A stretch of 64,000 bases of DNA from Bacteroidota bacterium. Lineage in GTDB: Bacteria; Bacteroidota; Bacteroidia; Cytophagales; ES-bin-26. The notes below the pieces were generated by a model. It had not been told where the DNA came from. It saw nothing but the letters and a program-made list of their open reading frames with translations, and ran no database searches. The DNA is taken from positions 12,320 to 76,319 of the forward strand of contig JAZKGK010000112.1 in the NCBI GenBank assembly GCA_040385915.1, in the 5' to 3' direction. This document shows, piece after piece, positions 35,632 to 46,109 of the stretch. The position numbers were made by a program, and so were the translations under genes. Positions within the stretch are counted from its first letter, which is position 1; every line of letters starts with the position of its first letter.

Positions 35632-38019
35632 CTATTTGTTTTGGTTGGTACTTCCGCCAGATTTTTGCGGGCTTTCCTGTTGCAATTGCATAGGGTTCTT
35701 CGGCGCAGCCCGTTGCTGTTTGTACAGTTGAATGCGGCTAGGCGTCGGTTTTCGGGGAAAAGAATTATTTTCTGTATTAATGTCGGCAGTCTCGAAGAAG
35801 GGATCTAACGTAAAAGAAACCACGGGCTTTTTAGTGGAAATAATCTTGGTTATCTTCTGATCATTGAAGCGCCAGATTTCGGCAGGAAAGCGCTGTATTT
35901 CACTAGTGCCATCTTCATAATCCATCTTGAGAATGATCGGGGAAACCAGCCCACCGTTGTTCTTGAATTCCAATGTATAGAAGTTCAGGCCAGCATCCAG
36001 CAGCTCTTTTTCCTCCTTGCTCAAGGAATTGTAATACGCGTCGTACTGCCGTTTGTCCGTGTCGGTGGCTTTATACTTATCGTAGGAATTGTAGAAGTCA
36101 GCCAGAGACGGGTCTTCTTCTAACAAGGTACTTTTCAACAGCGAGTCATTCCGCATTTTGCTCAGGGTCTGCAACTTGGTACTGGCTTCGGTTTTCGCCA
36201 GGGCATTTTCCACCTCCGGGTTCTGCGTATTTACCCGAGACCATTTGGCATCTTCCAATGAGACTTCTACGGGCTTGGTGCCATAAAACCAGCCACGCCA
36301 GAACCAATCTAAATCTACGCCAGAAGCATCTTCCAGGGTGCGAAACAGGTCTGCGGGTTGTGGGCTCTTAAAAGCCCAGCGCTGGGCGTATTCTTTAAAA
36401 GCATGATCGAACAGTTCGCGTCCCATGACAGTTTCACGCAGAATGTTAAGGGCAGTAGCTGGTTTGCCGTAAGCATTCGCGCCAAACTGCGTCACTTGCT
36501 CAGAATTGGTCATAATGGGCACTATCGTAGCCGGATCGCTGCTCATATAAGGCACTATCTTCTGCGGCTCGCCCCGCGTAGATGGATAATCGCGTTGCCA
36601 TTCCTGCTCGGACAGGTATTGGCAAAAGGTATTTAAACCTTCGTCCATCCAGGTCCACTGCCGCTCGTCGGAGTTGATGATCATGGGAAAAAAGTTATGC
36701 CCTACCTCGTGCATAATCACCGAAATCATTCCGTATTTGGTGCGCTCCGTATAGGTTCCGTCGGGCTCTGGCCGTCCGCCATTGAAGCAAATCATGGGAT
36801 ATTCCATGCCACCTACCGGCCCATGTACCGAAATAGCGACCGGATAAGGATAGTTAATGGTGTGCTTGGAATAAGATTTTAAGGTATGCTCTACTACCCG
36901 GGTAGAATATTTGCCCCACAAGGGATTCCCTTCCTTAGGATAGTATGACATGCACCAGATTCGCTTGCCTCCGATCTCGGTTTGCTTGGCATCCCAAATG
37001 AACTTGCGAGAGCTGGCGAAGGCAAAATCACGGACATTTTTTGCCACGTAAACCCAGGTTTTCTGGCCTTTGTTGCCCTCTCTTTTTTCCGCTTGTTGCG
37101 CCTCCTCCTGGGTTACAATCACCACCGGATCTTTGGTATTCTTGGCCTTTTCCAGCCTTTTTACTTGCGTAGAAGTCAATACCTGGCTTGAATTCTGCAA
37201 TTCTCCCGAAGCCGCAACTACGTGATCGCTGGGTACGGTAATGGCTACTTTGTAATCACCAAAAGGCAGAGTGAACTCGCCCTGACCCATAAACTGCTTG
37301 TGTTGCCAGCCATTCACATCATCATACACCGCCATTCGCGGGAAGAACTGAGCCACTTCGTACAGATTATTGCCATCTTTCTCGAAGTTTTCGAAGCCCA
37401 TTCGGTTGGTGCCGGGAACACCGTGCATGTTCACCTCGTCGTGTATGTTGTAATTCCATTCTACGGAGAAGGAATAGGTAGCACCCGGCTTGAGTGGTTG
37501 AGCGATGTCAAGCCGCATCATAGTCTGATTAATGACGTATTTAAGCGCATTCCCTGCCTTATCCTTGACCGAAGTAATGTTGAAACCGCCGTCAAATTTC
37601 TGGTTCATCACAAAACCGAGGGCCGTGAAGTTGGCTTTATTGCCTAGCTGACCAGTTTGCGACAGGTTTGCATTCGATTTTTTATCAAAAATATTCTGAT
37701 CCAACTGTAGCCACAGGTAGGTAAGCACATCGGGCGAGCGATTGGTGTAGGTAATTACTTCCGAACCCTTGATGTGCTGTTTGTCATCATCCAGTGTTAC
37801 TTTAATGTCGTAGTCGGCTCTTTGCTGCCAGTAAGCCGGGCCGGGTGCGCCCGAGGCGGTACGGTAGCTATTGGGCGTAGGTAGCTCGGTACCGAGCTGC
37901 TCAAATTGTCGGTTAGCATTGTACTCACTCATGGCGGGCGCTTGCGCTTGTAAACCGTTGGCAAGCAAGAGCAAGATGGCTGTATGCAAAAGAAATTTCT
38001 TCATTGTTAAGATCTTCAT
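35632..38019 (-). CDS. M1-family zinc aminopeptidase (aminopeptidase N-like), secreted
   Basis: HEVGHNFF...WMDEGLNTF is the gluzincin HExxH-x18-E motif, and VGGMEYP is a GxMEN-like exopeptidase motif. Signal peptide MKKFLLHTAILLLLANGLQAQ. Alternative starts are at 38004 and 38070. Confidence 0.9.
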   Translation of the reverse strand: MKILTMKKFLLHTAILLLLANGLQAQAPAMSEYNANRQFEQLGTELPTPNSYRTASGAPGPAYWQQRADYDIKVTLDDDKQHIKGSEVITYTNRSPDVLTYLWLQLDQNIFDKKSNANLSQTGQLGNKANFTALGFVMNQKFDGGFNITSVKDKAGNALKYVINQTMMRLDIAQPLKPGATYSFSVEWNYNIHDEVNMHGVPGTNRMGFENFEKDGNNLYEVAQFFPRMAVYDDVNGWQHKQFMGQGEFTLPFGDYKVAITVPSDHVVAASGELQNSSQVLTSTQVKRLEKAKNTKDPVVIVTQEEAQQAEKREGNKGQKTWVYVAKNVRDFAFASSRKFIWDAKQTEIGGKRIWCMSYYPKEGNPLWGKYSTRVVEHTLKSYSKHTINYPYPVAISVHGPVGGMEYPMICFNGGRPEPDGTYTERTKYGMISVIMHEVGHNFFPMIINSDERQWTWMDEGLNTFCQYLSEQEWQRDYPSTRGEPQKIVPYMSSDPATIVPIMTNSEQVTQFGANAYGKPATALNILRETVMGRELFDHAFKEYAQRWAFKSPQPADLFRTLEDASGVDLDWFWRGWFYGTKPVEVSLEDAKWSRVNTQNPEVENALAKTEASTKLQTLSKMRNDSLLKSTLLEEDPSLADFYNSYDKYKATDTDKRQYDAYYNSLSKEEKELLDAGLNFYTLEFKNNGGLVSPIILKMDYEDGTSEIQRFPAEIWRFNDQKITKIISTKKPVVSFTLDPFFETADINTENNSFPRKPTPSRIQLYKQQRAAPKNPMQLQQESPQKSGGSTNQNK

Positions 38020-38176
38020 TTTAGGAAAAGAATTGAATAACGGAAAGAGTAGGCGTTCTTTTAACAGCAAGAAGTATAGGCAATGTATGAATTTGAAAGT
38101 TAAAAATTGCTCGTTGATGGGTGATTGCGGACGTATGAGGCCACAAATTAATTAATTATTGATTAAACGTAACAAA

Positions 38177-38773
38177 CTACTGAAAAATGCTGGCGTGGAT
38201 AAGCAGCGAAATGGCCATGCCAGCTACAATACCCGAAATAGCCAGATTCCAGTCGTGCATTTTTACTTTACATGCATAAATAGCTACGAAAGCAAGCGAC
38301 AATACCATTCCCACAATGAATATCTGTCCAACTTCCAAGCCCACATTAAACGCCAGCAATTGGGTTACGATATTGGTAGACGTGCCTAGCAAACTTTTGA
38401 GATAACTGGAAAAGCCCAGCCCGTGAATAAACCCGAAAACCAGCGCTAGCAAATACCGCATATACGGCGGCTTGGTTTTTTCCAGGATACTAGTAGAAAT
38501 TTGGTAGAAAAAATTGCTGATGGCTGTCACCAAAATCGTCAGGGGAATCAGAAATTCGATTACGTCGCTGCGCACCACTACAATATTTAGGGTAGAAAGC
38601 ACCAGTGTAAAAGAATGGCCAAGCGTAAAAGCCGTAACTAAAACCAGTACCCGTTTCCAGTCCCGCAGGTGATACACAGCGCATAAGGCTACCACAAAAA
38701 GGATATGGTCGTATCCGCGTGGGTCAATGATATGGGTAAAACCCAACCGTAAATAAGCCTCAAATTCAGTCAT
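38177..38773 (-). CDS. HupE/UreJ-family membrane protein
   Basis: 198 aa, about 6 TM segments. N-terminal GFTHIIDPRGYDHILFVVAL...AFTLGHSFTL matches the HupE_UreJ_2 pattern with conserved His residues. Confidence 0.65.
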   Translation of the reverse strand: MTEFEAYLRLGFTHIIDPRGYDHILFVVALCAVYHLRDWKRVLVLVTAFTLGHSFTLVLSTLNIVVVRSDVIEFLIPLTILVTAISNFFYQISTSILEKTKPPYMRYLLALVFGFIHGLGFSSYLKSLLGTSTNIVTQLLAFNVGLEVGQIFIVGMVLSLAFVAIYACKVKMHDWNLAISGIVAGMAISLLIHASIFQ

Positions 38774-38901
38774 GACTGCTCATTTTTAGTGTAAAGCCAA
38801 AGCATTGGAAGGCAGTATGCACTAAAACTAAAGAAAAACGGGTAAAAATATTTTTCTTTGTAGCAAATTACCGATCTCTCTCTTTTCAGAGACTACCTCT
38901 T

Positions 38902-41574
38902 ATGAAGTTAAAATTACTCTTTTTACTTATTTTTTTGAGTCTTTTCTCTGGTTCAAGCTGGGCTGGACGAGTGAAACGCGGATTAAAACAATTGGAGAAA
39001 AAAAAGTTTGACCAAGCCGCAAAACTCTTTACCAAAGAACTGGCGAAGAATCCAGCCAGTGCCGGAGCCAAATATGGGTATGCCCTTTATTTTTTCCGGG
39101 TGCCAGCCCCCAAGCAAAATATAGATTCGGCGTACCAATATATACGGGCAGCTTTGGCTGATTACCCAAAAACAGCCGCCAACACCCGCAAGCAGTGGAA
39201 AAAGCTCCACATCAGCGATAGCACGATGCTGGTCTTAAAGCTACGCATCGATAGCCTGGGTTTCGCTGCCGCCCTCGACAGCAACCGTGTCAGTGCTTAT
39301 CAAACCTTCCTGAACAAATACCCTACTGCTTCACAAAACCCGGAAGCCACCCGACGGCGCGATGCCTTGGCCTTTGCCGAAGCCCGGCGTATCAACACCT
39401 ATGAAAGCTACAAGCACTTTCTTGACTTGTATCCCAATGCGGTGCAGGTGCGCGAAGTGACCGAAATATCCGAGTTGGTATTATACGAGTCGGAGACGCG
39501 GAATGGTACGGTAGAAAGCTACGTCCAGTTTGCCAATAGACACCCGCATAGCCCTTACCGCCCCAAGGCCGATCAAATGGCATTTGAGCTTTTTACGGCA
39601 CCGCATCGGCTGGAAACCTACGAGGCGTTCGTACAGCAACAACCGCAAAACATGTACGTGCCGCGTGCCTGGGCTTGGGCCTTGCAACTGTATAGCGAGC
39701 AGAAAAACTTGAATGGCTTTTTGTCCGAGCACCCGGATTGCCCCGATAAGTCTTATGTGGAAAAGCTTTTGAAAGCCCAGTCATTGGCCTATTTTCCTGT
39801 TTATGAAGAAGGTAAATATGGTTTTCTGGATTCGGATGGCAGCCTGCAAATTCCTATCGCGTATGACTCAACGGCAAGCGGCTATTTCTGTGAGGGCGTG
39901 AAAGATGATTTTATTCTAGCCTATAAAAATAGCAAGCTCGGTGCCTTAGACAAAACTGGTAAAGTAATTGCCGATTTTCAATACGAGTTGATGGATGAAC
40001 TGGAAAAGCCCCTGCTTCAGGTAACCCGCCAAGGCAAACAAGGCATTGTTCACACCGGAGGGTTTGAAATTTTGCCCGCTCAATTTGATTCGGTCGAAGT
40101 GCTGAATGATTTTTTTATCAAGACAATCCACAACGGCAAACATGGCCTGACAACCATGAACGGGCTACAGCTCTTCGAGCCTTCTTTCGACGAGATTGCT
40201 GGCCTTGGAACTACGTTCGTACGCTTGCGCCGAAATGGGCGCTATGCCCTGATGAATAGCACCCATTTACTGCCCCAAACTGCCCCAAAAGAATACACTG
40301 GTGCTCATCTCACCTTTCGCTACGACAAAGTAGAATGGGTAAAATCTGGCTTTGCAAGAGTATTTGCTGATAGCACCGAAACGATTGTAAATACCGATTT
40401 GCAAGCCATTATGCCACCGCAGAAAAAACCTATTATTCCTTTGCCTGCGGCGTGGCTTACCCAGGATTCCACCGGCTTCAGGCTCTGGTTTCTAAATGGT
40501 ACGCCTATGCTTGACTCTGCCGGGCGGGCACTGTCTTTCGAGCGGGTGGTGGCCAACGAAGGGTTTTATGGCGTAAAGTATCGCGGTCAGTGGGGCGTGC
40601 TGGATAAGGAAGGAAAAGCTTATTTGCCCTGTGCATATGATTCCCTATCGCTAATCTGCGGCAATCTTTTTCTGTTGATGAAGAAGAAACACATGTGGCT
40701 GCATACCACTAATCGGAAGCTGGTAAGCGTAGCCGATGTGCGCGACTTTCATTTACAACCTGCCGATCCAGAAAACCCGGCTAACACCGCAAAAATGTAC
40801 CTCACGCTGGGAAATAAAAGTGGCAAGCAGGCTTTGTACACCACTGCGGGACACCAATTACTGCCTTTCGGGTACGAATCTATCCGGGTACTGGGACCAA
40901 ACTTATTTCTGGTGGAGGCTAATCGGAAAGCCACGTTGAAAGATTCGCTCAACAAGCTACGGCTACCCTTACTATACGATGGGCTGAATCCCATGCGCAA
41001 AGGGTTCGTAGCCACCCTGAAAGCACAGAAGTTTGGCCTATTTCACGCCTCGGCAAAGAAGGTAGCCATTCCTCCACAATACGAATCTCTGCTGCAATTC
41101 TACGACAACGAAGGCTTGCTGTTCATAGCAAAAAAGAAAGGCAAGTTTGGTCTGATCGACCGAGCTAACAAAGAAAAAGCACCCTTCCAATTCGACGATA
41201 TTCGCTTCTGGCTGCAAAGTGTGGCTTTGGTGAAGGAAAATGAGCAATGGCGGCTGTACGATTTTGTCAACAAAGTGTATTACTTACAACCTTTCGATGA
41301 AATTACCTACATCCAGAATACGGAAACGGAAATCGTCCTGAAGGTGTATGTCAATCAGAAATACGGTATTTTAAGTAGCGTGCGCGGCCCCATCATCCCC
41401 GCCGAATACGACGACTTGGGCAATGCCGGCGACGAAAGGCTACCCTTCTACGTAGCTGACAAGCTGATAGACACCGCCTCCGTTTACCTCGTCTTCTACT
41501 TCGACCAAAGTGGAAAGCTCTTGCGAAAACAAATTTTCAGCGAAGAAGTATACGAGAAGATTGTGTGTGAATGA
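38902..41574 (+). CDS. Large secreted WG-repeat (KWG-type) protein
   Basis: 890 aa with a signal peptide. Many repeats of the K(Y/L/H/F)G(F/A/L/I)(L/I)D..G..(I/L)P..YD type: KYGFLDSDGSLQIPIAYD, KLGALDKTGKVIADFQYE, QWGVLDKEGKAYLPCAYD, KFGLIDRANKEKAPFQFD. Confidence 0.75.
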   Translation: MKLKLLFLLIFLSLFSGSSWAGRVKRGLKQLEKKKFDQAAKLFTKELAKNPASAGAKYGYALYFFRVPAPKQNIDSAYQYIRAALADYPKTAANTRKQWKKLHISDSTMLVLKLRIDSLGFAAALDSNRVSAYQTFLNKYPTASQNPEATRRRDALAFAEARRINTYESYKHFLDLYPNAVQVREVTEISELVLYESETRNGTVESYVQFANRHPHSPYRPKADQMAFELFTAPHRLETYEAFVQQQPQNMYVPRAWAWALQLYSEQKNLNGFLSEHPDCPDKSYVEKLLKAQSLAYFPVYEEGKYGFLDSDGSLQIPIAYDSTASGYFCEGVKDDFILAYKNSKLGALDKTGKVIADFQYELMDELEKPLLQVTRQGKQGIVHTGGFEILPAQFDSVEVLNDFFIKTIHNGKHGLTTMNGLQLFEPSFDEIAGLGTTFVRLRRNGRYALMNSTHLLPQTAPKEYTGAHLTFRYDKVEWVKSGFARVFADSTETIVNTDLQAIMPPQKKPIIPLPAAWLTQDSTGFRLWFLNGTPMLDSAGRALSFERVVANEGFYGVKYRGQWGVLDKEGKAYLPCAYDSLSLICGNLFLLMKKKHMWLHTTNRKLVSVADVRDFHLQPADPENPANTAKMYLTLGNKSGKQALYTTAGHQLLPFGYESIRVLGPNLFLVEANRKATLKDSLNKLRLPLLYDGLNPMRKGFVATLKAQKFGLFHASAKKVAIPPQYESLLQFYDNEGLLFIAKKKGKFGLIDRANKEKAPFQFDDIRFWLQSVALVKENEQWRLYDFVNKVYYLQPFDEITYIQNTETEIVLKVYVNQKYGILSSVRGPIIPAEYDDLGNAGDERLPFYVADKLIDTASVYLVFYFDQSGKLLRKQIFSEEVYEKIVCE

Positions 41575-41682
41575 GTTGGCAGGGCTATGGAGGTTTGAAT
41601 ACAAGGGTTGCATACTGCGCTTGATTTGCTTTCGTACAGTCCTGATTACTGGGGAATTAACAGACACCCTTCCACAAAAAAA

Positions 41683-41720
41683 GAGCCCCTGGATCGCTAT
41701 TGCTAGCTACCCAGGGGCTC
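41683..41720 (-). terminator. Rho-independent terminator of the GH26 gene
   Basis: gagcccctgg / 18-nt loop / ccaggggctc forms a 10-bp GC-rich stem. On the minus strand it is followed by TTTTTTT. It sits 22 nt after the stop at 41742. Confidence 0.7.
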
Positions 41721-41741
41721 CATTCAATCAATTGATTATGC

Positions 41742-44700
41742 TTACTTAGTTAGCATCACTTTGATGTGGCTAACTTGGTTACCATTGACCAGTTTTATCA
41801 GATAGAGACCGTTTTGCAAGGCATTAGCCTTAACGAATACCTTGTGCGACTCGCCCGCTTGTACTTCTTGCTCAAACAATGGCTGTACCCGTACGCCCCG
41901 TAGGTCATACAAATCCAAGCTAGCTTGGCCAGCGACAGTAGTGGTAAAGTTCACCGTTAATTCGCTAGTGAAAGGGTTAGGATACGCTTGTAGGCCAATC
42001 ACTTCTTCCAATGACGCTTCTCTAGCATTTGCTGCTTGGAAAGGAACCAAGTTAGCACCAGGAATGACAAAGAAAGTAGCAGAACCCGGCTGTTGCCAGC
42101 TCACTGACAGGTTGTCTCCACCAGTAGCTTCTTTATGCAAGGCTTCAATATAGTACTTCTGTCCTGCCTGTAAAGTTACTAAAGCTGACTTCTGAGTAGC
42201 ATATTTAGTCCACTCCCGTGGATTGGTATGACCACCACTAATGAAGGCGATTTTTTGTTTGCCTGCCGCGCTTTCGCTGGTAGACAACCACAACTCTACT
42301 TCATTGTCACCAGCAATAGCGAAACGATACTGACCAGAGATAGGCGCACAAAGGTAACCTCTGTAACGAGCAGCATATTTATCGGCTACATTAGTAGGTC
42401 CTTCAAAGGTAGTTACTAAGCTAGTGCTAGAGGGAGTCGTATTGACAGGAATGTTGCTGATAGCATCACCCTTCACATTAGCCCAGTATTCTCTCAGGAT
42501 ACTGCCCGAGCCCGCGCAAGCTGTTACGACAACAGGAACGAACGGCGAAAGCACGCTACCTGGAACAATCACAGGAGTAGCATTGGCTGCCGAAGCAGGG
42601 GTTCTCCAACCTATAATCAGGTTGTCTCCACCAAATTCTTCCTTATGAAGCGCTTCCAAATAGTAGCGTTGTCCAGCCACCAGGTTAACAGTAGCTGACT
42701 TCTGGCTTGGGTACTTGGTCCACTGACCAGGAAAAGCATAGCCATTTTTAATGAAGGCGATCGTCTGCTTGTGAGCCGGATCGGCGTCGGTACTCAGCGA
42801 AAGTTGAGCATCGTTATCAGATACGATCCAGAAGGTATAAGCACCCGTCTGAGGAGCACAGATATACCCACGCAGACGTTGGCCAAAGCGGTCGCCATAG
42901 TTGGCTGGTGCTTGCAAACTAGTAATTTGGTTAGTCAGGTTAGGTTGGCTAAGTACTGGAATGTCAGTAATTTGGCTACCATCTAGGTTAGTCCACACTT
43001 CACGCAAGATCGTACCACTAGCCTGACAAACGTAGGTTTTAAGGGTAAAGGTCACAGGAGCTGAAGTAGCCACGATGCCTTCGTTATCAGTGGCTTGAGC
43101 CATAATGGTATGAGCCCCAACTACAGCGCCAGTCCAGGAAATTTCCCAACCATCCTGCGCATCAGTATCCACACCTACTAGCTGTCCATCAATCCAGAAA
43201 GAAACTTTTTTCACAGTACCATCGGCATCTGTTGCGGTTGCTTTCAATGCCATTGGTTGGCCAGCATAGAAATTGCCTTGAGCAGTCGGTTCGGTAATGG
43301 CTACATTGGCTTGTCCATATATATACCAGTTAGGAAGTTCATCTCTGGTAAGGACATCTTCATCGTGATAAATGGCATTGAGTACATCGTCTGGTTGTTG
43401 TTTAACTAAACCAGCCCACTCAGTGAACCATGACCACCAGGTAGCAAAACCACGGATCTTGTCTGCATTGGGCACATTGCCAGTTTCAGAAAGCGTTACT
43501 AATTTATTACCGCCAAACAGGTTTTGCATGGCACCCCACTCGCCACTCATATTGGAGGTAGGATCAGTATAAATATCAAGACCAACAATATCTACGTATT
43601 GATCACCTGGGTACCAGTTCATATCAGTGGTAGCCGTGTAAACCCAGATCAGGTTATGCAGTTGGTGATAATTAGTCATCCGGTCGTACATGATATGCCA
43701 CAATTCCTTGAAAGCCTCAGGGCCTTTAGCACCCCACCAGAACCAGGTTCCAGCAGCTTCGTGCAAGGGACGCCACAATATCGGAATACCAGCAGTTTGA
43801 TATTTCTTCAACTGAACGGAAATCGAATCGATGTCACGGATAATCAGGTGATAACGTTCGCTGTTCTTGTCGGCCAAGGCAGCCGCCAAGTCAAAAGTAG
43901 TAGCGAAAGTATAGAAACCTCTCCACCATTCATATCCTACTGTGTCAATCAGGTCAGTTGGCGCATTCCAGTGCCACATCATGCTGACAATACCATTGCC
44001 ATTGCCTTTCTTAGCCCAATCAATGATGATTTCTGTTTCGTTTGAACTTGCACCGTGCTCCTGACGGGAAGGCGAGTAGTCCATAAAGTCAAAACCTCCA
44101 AGAGCCGGCTCCTTGCCTGTTTTCTCAAATACATACTCCATTTCTCCCTGCTGACCAGCTAACACTTTGTTACCGTACAAATCAACGAGGTAGGAGAATA
44201 ACGAGCGCGTAGCTGAACTAGCCAGAGAATCCACCAGGTGTTTCGGTGGTTTTACTGGCAGAGCGGCCGTAGTAGGCGTCAATTGGATGTAGTCAACCCC
44301 GTAGTAGCCCCAGCCTTTAGCGATAACGATGGTGTTAATGCCATCCTTCATCAGATATTTGCCCGCATTTACGGTTCCGTATACATCGCCAGTACCTGTA
44401 AACATTCCGCCACCTTTTTCATCATTCACCTGCAAATCGTAGCCCTTGTCACCCCAAGGAGAATGATAAGCGATGGTTATGTTGTACAAGCCAGGCGTAA
44501 TATTGAAGTTGAAAGTAACTTTGTCTGTGGCATTGTCGAAACCGACTACTTGGCCCGTTCCTGAATACCCAGCCGGGTTAGTATCCACCAGAACACCACT
44601 TAATACAGCATCTTCTGCTTCTGCTTTACCATCCACCATTGGCACCAATACGGGAGGCGAATCTATTACAGGCACCAACGCAATGAAGTCGATACCATAC

Positions 44701-45893
44701 CAGCCCCAACCATTGTTGATAACGATGGTATTTTGTCCTTCGACCAGGTCATACTGGCCTATCGTGAGAGAACCAAAATCCCAACCAGTATTCGTAAGTG
44801 TCTGGTCCGTAAATGCAGAGCCATTCACGCTCAAGTTAAAATGCTTCTCACCGAAGGGAGAATTATATTGCACAATCAGGTCATACTTGCCTGCCTTATC
44901 AACTGGAAAGTTGAAAACCAAGCTGTCAGCTACATCGTCAAATCCCCAAACGTAACCCGTTCCCGAGAAACCAGGAGTATTGGTGTCCAAGAATACACCA
45001 CGGAAGGAAGCATCTTCGCCTTCTAACTTGATGCCCGCAGGTGGTGGCACTGGTGTCAACAAAATATAATCGATGCCGTACCAGCCCCAACCTGCTTTAA
45101 ATGTGATGGTATTGTTACCATTCACTAAGTTAATCTCTCCTACTTCCAAGGTATCAAAAGCACTGCCTGTGTTCAGCATGTTTTGTTCGCTGAAAACGCC
45201 ATTGATAAACAGATTGCTTTTCTTATCTCCAAAAGGAGAGTAATACTTAATGCTGAGTTTATACTTTCCTGCCGTAGCTGGAACGGTAAAAACTAGGCTG
45301 TCAGTACCTTCATCGAAGCCCCAAACGAAGCCAGTACCAGAATATCCGGCTGGATCGGTGGCCACAAACAAACCGTTCATAGAGGCCGATTCTCCCTCCA
45401 GTTTCAGGTCTGTAGAAGGAGCAACCGGGGTCAGCGTGATCTTATCGATCCCATACCATCCCCAACCTGCTTTAATAGTGATGTTGTTATCTCCAGTCAC
45501 CAAATCAAACTCTCCTACTTCCAGGGTATCAAAAGCACTGCCTGTGTTCAACATGTTTTGTTCACTGAAAACACCGTTTACAAACAGATTGCTTTTCTTA
45601 TCTCCAAAAGGAGAGTAGTATTGAATGCTGAGTTTATACTTTCCTGCCGTAGCTGGAATCGTAAAAACCAGGCTATCAGCACCGTCGTCGAAGCCCCAGA
45701 CGAAGCCGGTACCAGAATACCCTGCCGGATCGGTGGCTACAAACACGCCATTCATGCTGGCGGCTTCTGCCTCTACCGTGATATCAGCCGCCCGCAGGCC
45801 GCTGGCTATCAGCAGTAGCGCAAGGCAGGTGAGTAATCGCAAGCGGGACCTCAGAAAGCTCCGTGCTTGGAAATTTAGAAAAGGTGTTTTCAT
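41742..45893 (-). CDS. Multimodular secreted GH26 beta-mannanase: 4 x CBM6/35-like + GH26 catalytic + Ig-like + 2 x PA14 + T9SS CTD
   Basis: GH26 signature ILWRPLHEAAGTWFWWG with WHWNAP upstream. Four N-terminal modules of about 125 aa (EAE.A...G....D.AGYSGTG.V.GFD...GWGWYGID). Two PA14-like modules (RGY.CAP.G.Y.F...D....L.LS). C-terminus AYPNPFTSELTVNF...GLYLIKLVNGNQVSHIKVMLTK. Confidence 0.85.
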   Translation of the reverse strand: MKTPFLNFQARSFLRSRLRLLTCLALLLIASGLRAADITVEAEAASMNGVFVATDPAGYSGTGFVWGFDDGADSLVFTIPATAGKYKLSIQYYSPFGDKKSNLFVNGVFSEQNMLNTGSAFDTLEVGEFDLVTGDNNITIKAGWGWYGIDKITLTPVAPSTDLKLEGESASMNGLFVATDPAGYSGTGFVWGFDEGTDSLVFTVPATAGKYKLSIKYYSPFGDKKSNLFINGVFSEQNMLNTGSAFDTLEVGEINLVNGNNTITFKAGWGWYGIDYILLTPVPPPAGIKLEGEDASFRGVFLDTNTPGFSGTGYVWGFDDVADSLVFNFPVDKAGKYDLIVQYNSPFGEKHFNLSVNGSAFTDQTLTNTGWDFGSLTIGQYDLVEGQNTIVINNGWGWYGIDFIALVPVIDSPPVLVPMVDGKAEAEDAVLSGVLVDTNPAGYSGTGQVVGFDNATDKVTFNFNITPGLYNITIAYHSPWGDKGYDLQVNDEKGGGMFTGTGDVYGTVNAGKYLMKDGINTIVIAKGWGYYGVDYIQLTPTTAALPVKPPKHLVDSLASSATRSLFSYLVDLYGNKVLAGQQGEMEYVFEKTGKEPALGGFDFMDYSPSRQEHGASSNETEIIIDWAKKGNGNGIVSMMWHWNAPTDLIDTVGYEWWRGFYTFATTFDLAAALADKNSERYHLIIRDIDSISVQLKKYQTAGIPILWRPLHEAAGTWFWWGAKGPEAFKELWHIMYDRMTNYHQLHNLIWVYTATTDMNWYPGDQYVDIVGLDIYTDPTSNMSGEWGAMQNLFGGNKLVTLSETGNVPNADKIRGFATWWSWFTEWAGLVKQQPDDVLNAIYHDEDVLTRDELPNWYIYGQANVAITEPTAQGNFYAGQPMALKATATDADGTVKKVSFWIDGQLVGVDTDAQDGWEISWTGAVVGAHTIMAQATDNEGIVATSAPVTFTLKTYVCQASGTILREVWTNLDGSQITDIPVLSQPNLTNQITSLQAPANYGDRFGQRLRGYICAPQTGAYTFWIVSDNDAQLSLSTDADPAHKQTIAFIKNGYAFPGQWTKYPSQKSATVNLVAGQRYYLEALHKEEFGGDNLIIGWRTPASAANATPVIVPGSVLSPFVPVVVTACAGSGSILREYWANVKGDAISNIPVNTTPSSTSLVTTFEGPTNVADKYAARYRGYLCAPISGQYRFAIAGDNEVELWLSTSESAAGKQKIAFISGGHTNPREWTKYATQKSALVTLQAGQKYYIEALHKEATGGDNLSVSWQQPGSATFFVIPGANLVPFQAANAREASLEEVIGLQAYPNPFTSELTVNFTTTVAGQASLDLYDLRGVRVQPLFEQEVQAGESHKVFVKANALQNGLYLIKLVNGNQVSHIKVMLTK
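45039..45788. repeat. Intragenic tandem duplication, 2 x about 375 bp (CBM modules 1 and 2 of the GH26 gene; approximate borders)
   Basis: The 125-aa period is visible in the protein and in near-identical antisense ORFs starting at 45250 and 45625 (MLSLYFPAVAGTVKTRLS... versus MLSLYFPAVAGIVKTRLS...). Modules 3 and 4 are much more diverged. Confidence 0.7.
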
Positions 45894-46000
45894 TGGAAAT
45901 GAATTGATTTATAGTTAATTGTAATAAAAAGGGAAAAGGATTGTATGCGTACGTATATAAATTCAAAAAAGGGAATGCAAATATATCCACTAAATTTCAT

Positions 46001-46035
46001 AAAAAGATAAAAGAATAATACTCTTTTATCTTTTT
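46001..46035. terminator. AT-rich 14-bp-stem hairpin between the beta-helix gene stop and the GH26 start (weak terminator candidate)
   Basis: aaaaagataaaaga / ataatac / tcttttatcttttt form perfect complementary arms. The stem is entirely A/T-rich, so stability is modest. Confidence 0.4.
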
Positions 46036-46109
46036 ATCATATAATTAGGTTAGCGTTCATTTCAAATCCCCCAGGCAGGCTGCTAACGTTGTTTTTTCGC
46101 ATGGGTGCG

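Noticed and set aside
38774-38901. Possible metal or cobalamin riboswitch upstream of the HupE/UreJ gene.
   Set aside because: The spacer is only about 128 nt, is shared with the divergent WG-repeat gene, and shows no conserved riboswitch core (no B12-box-like sequence or extended paired structure visible).
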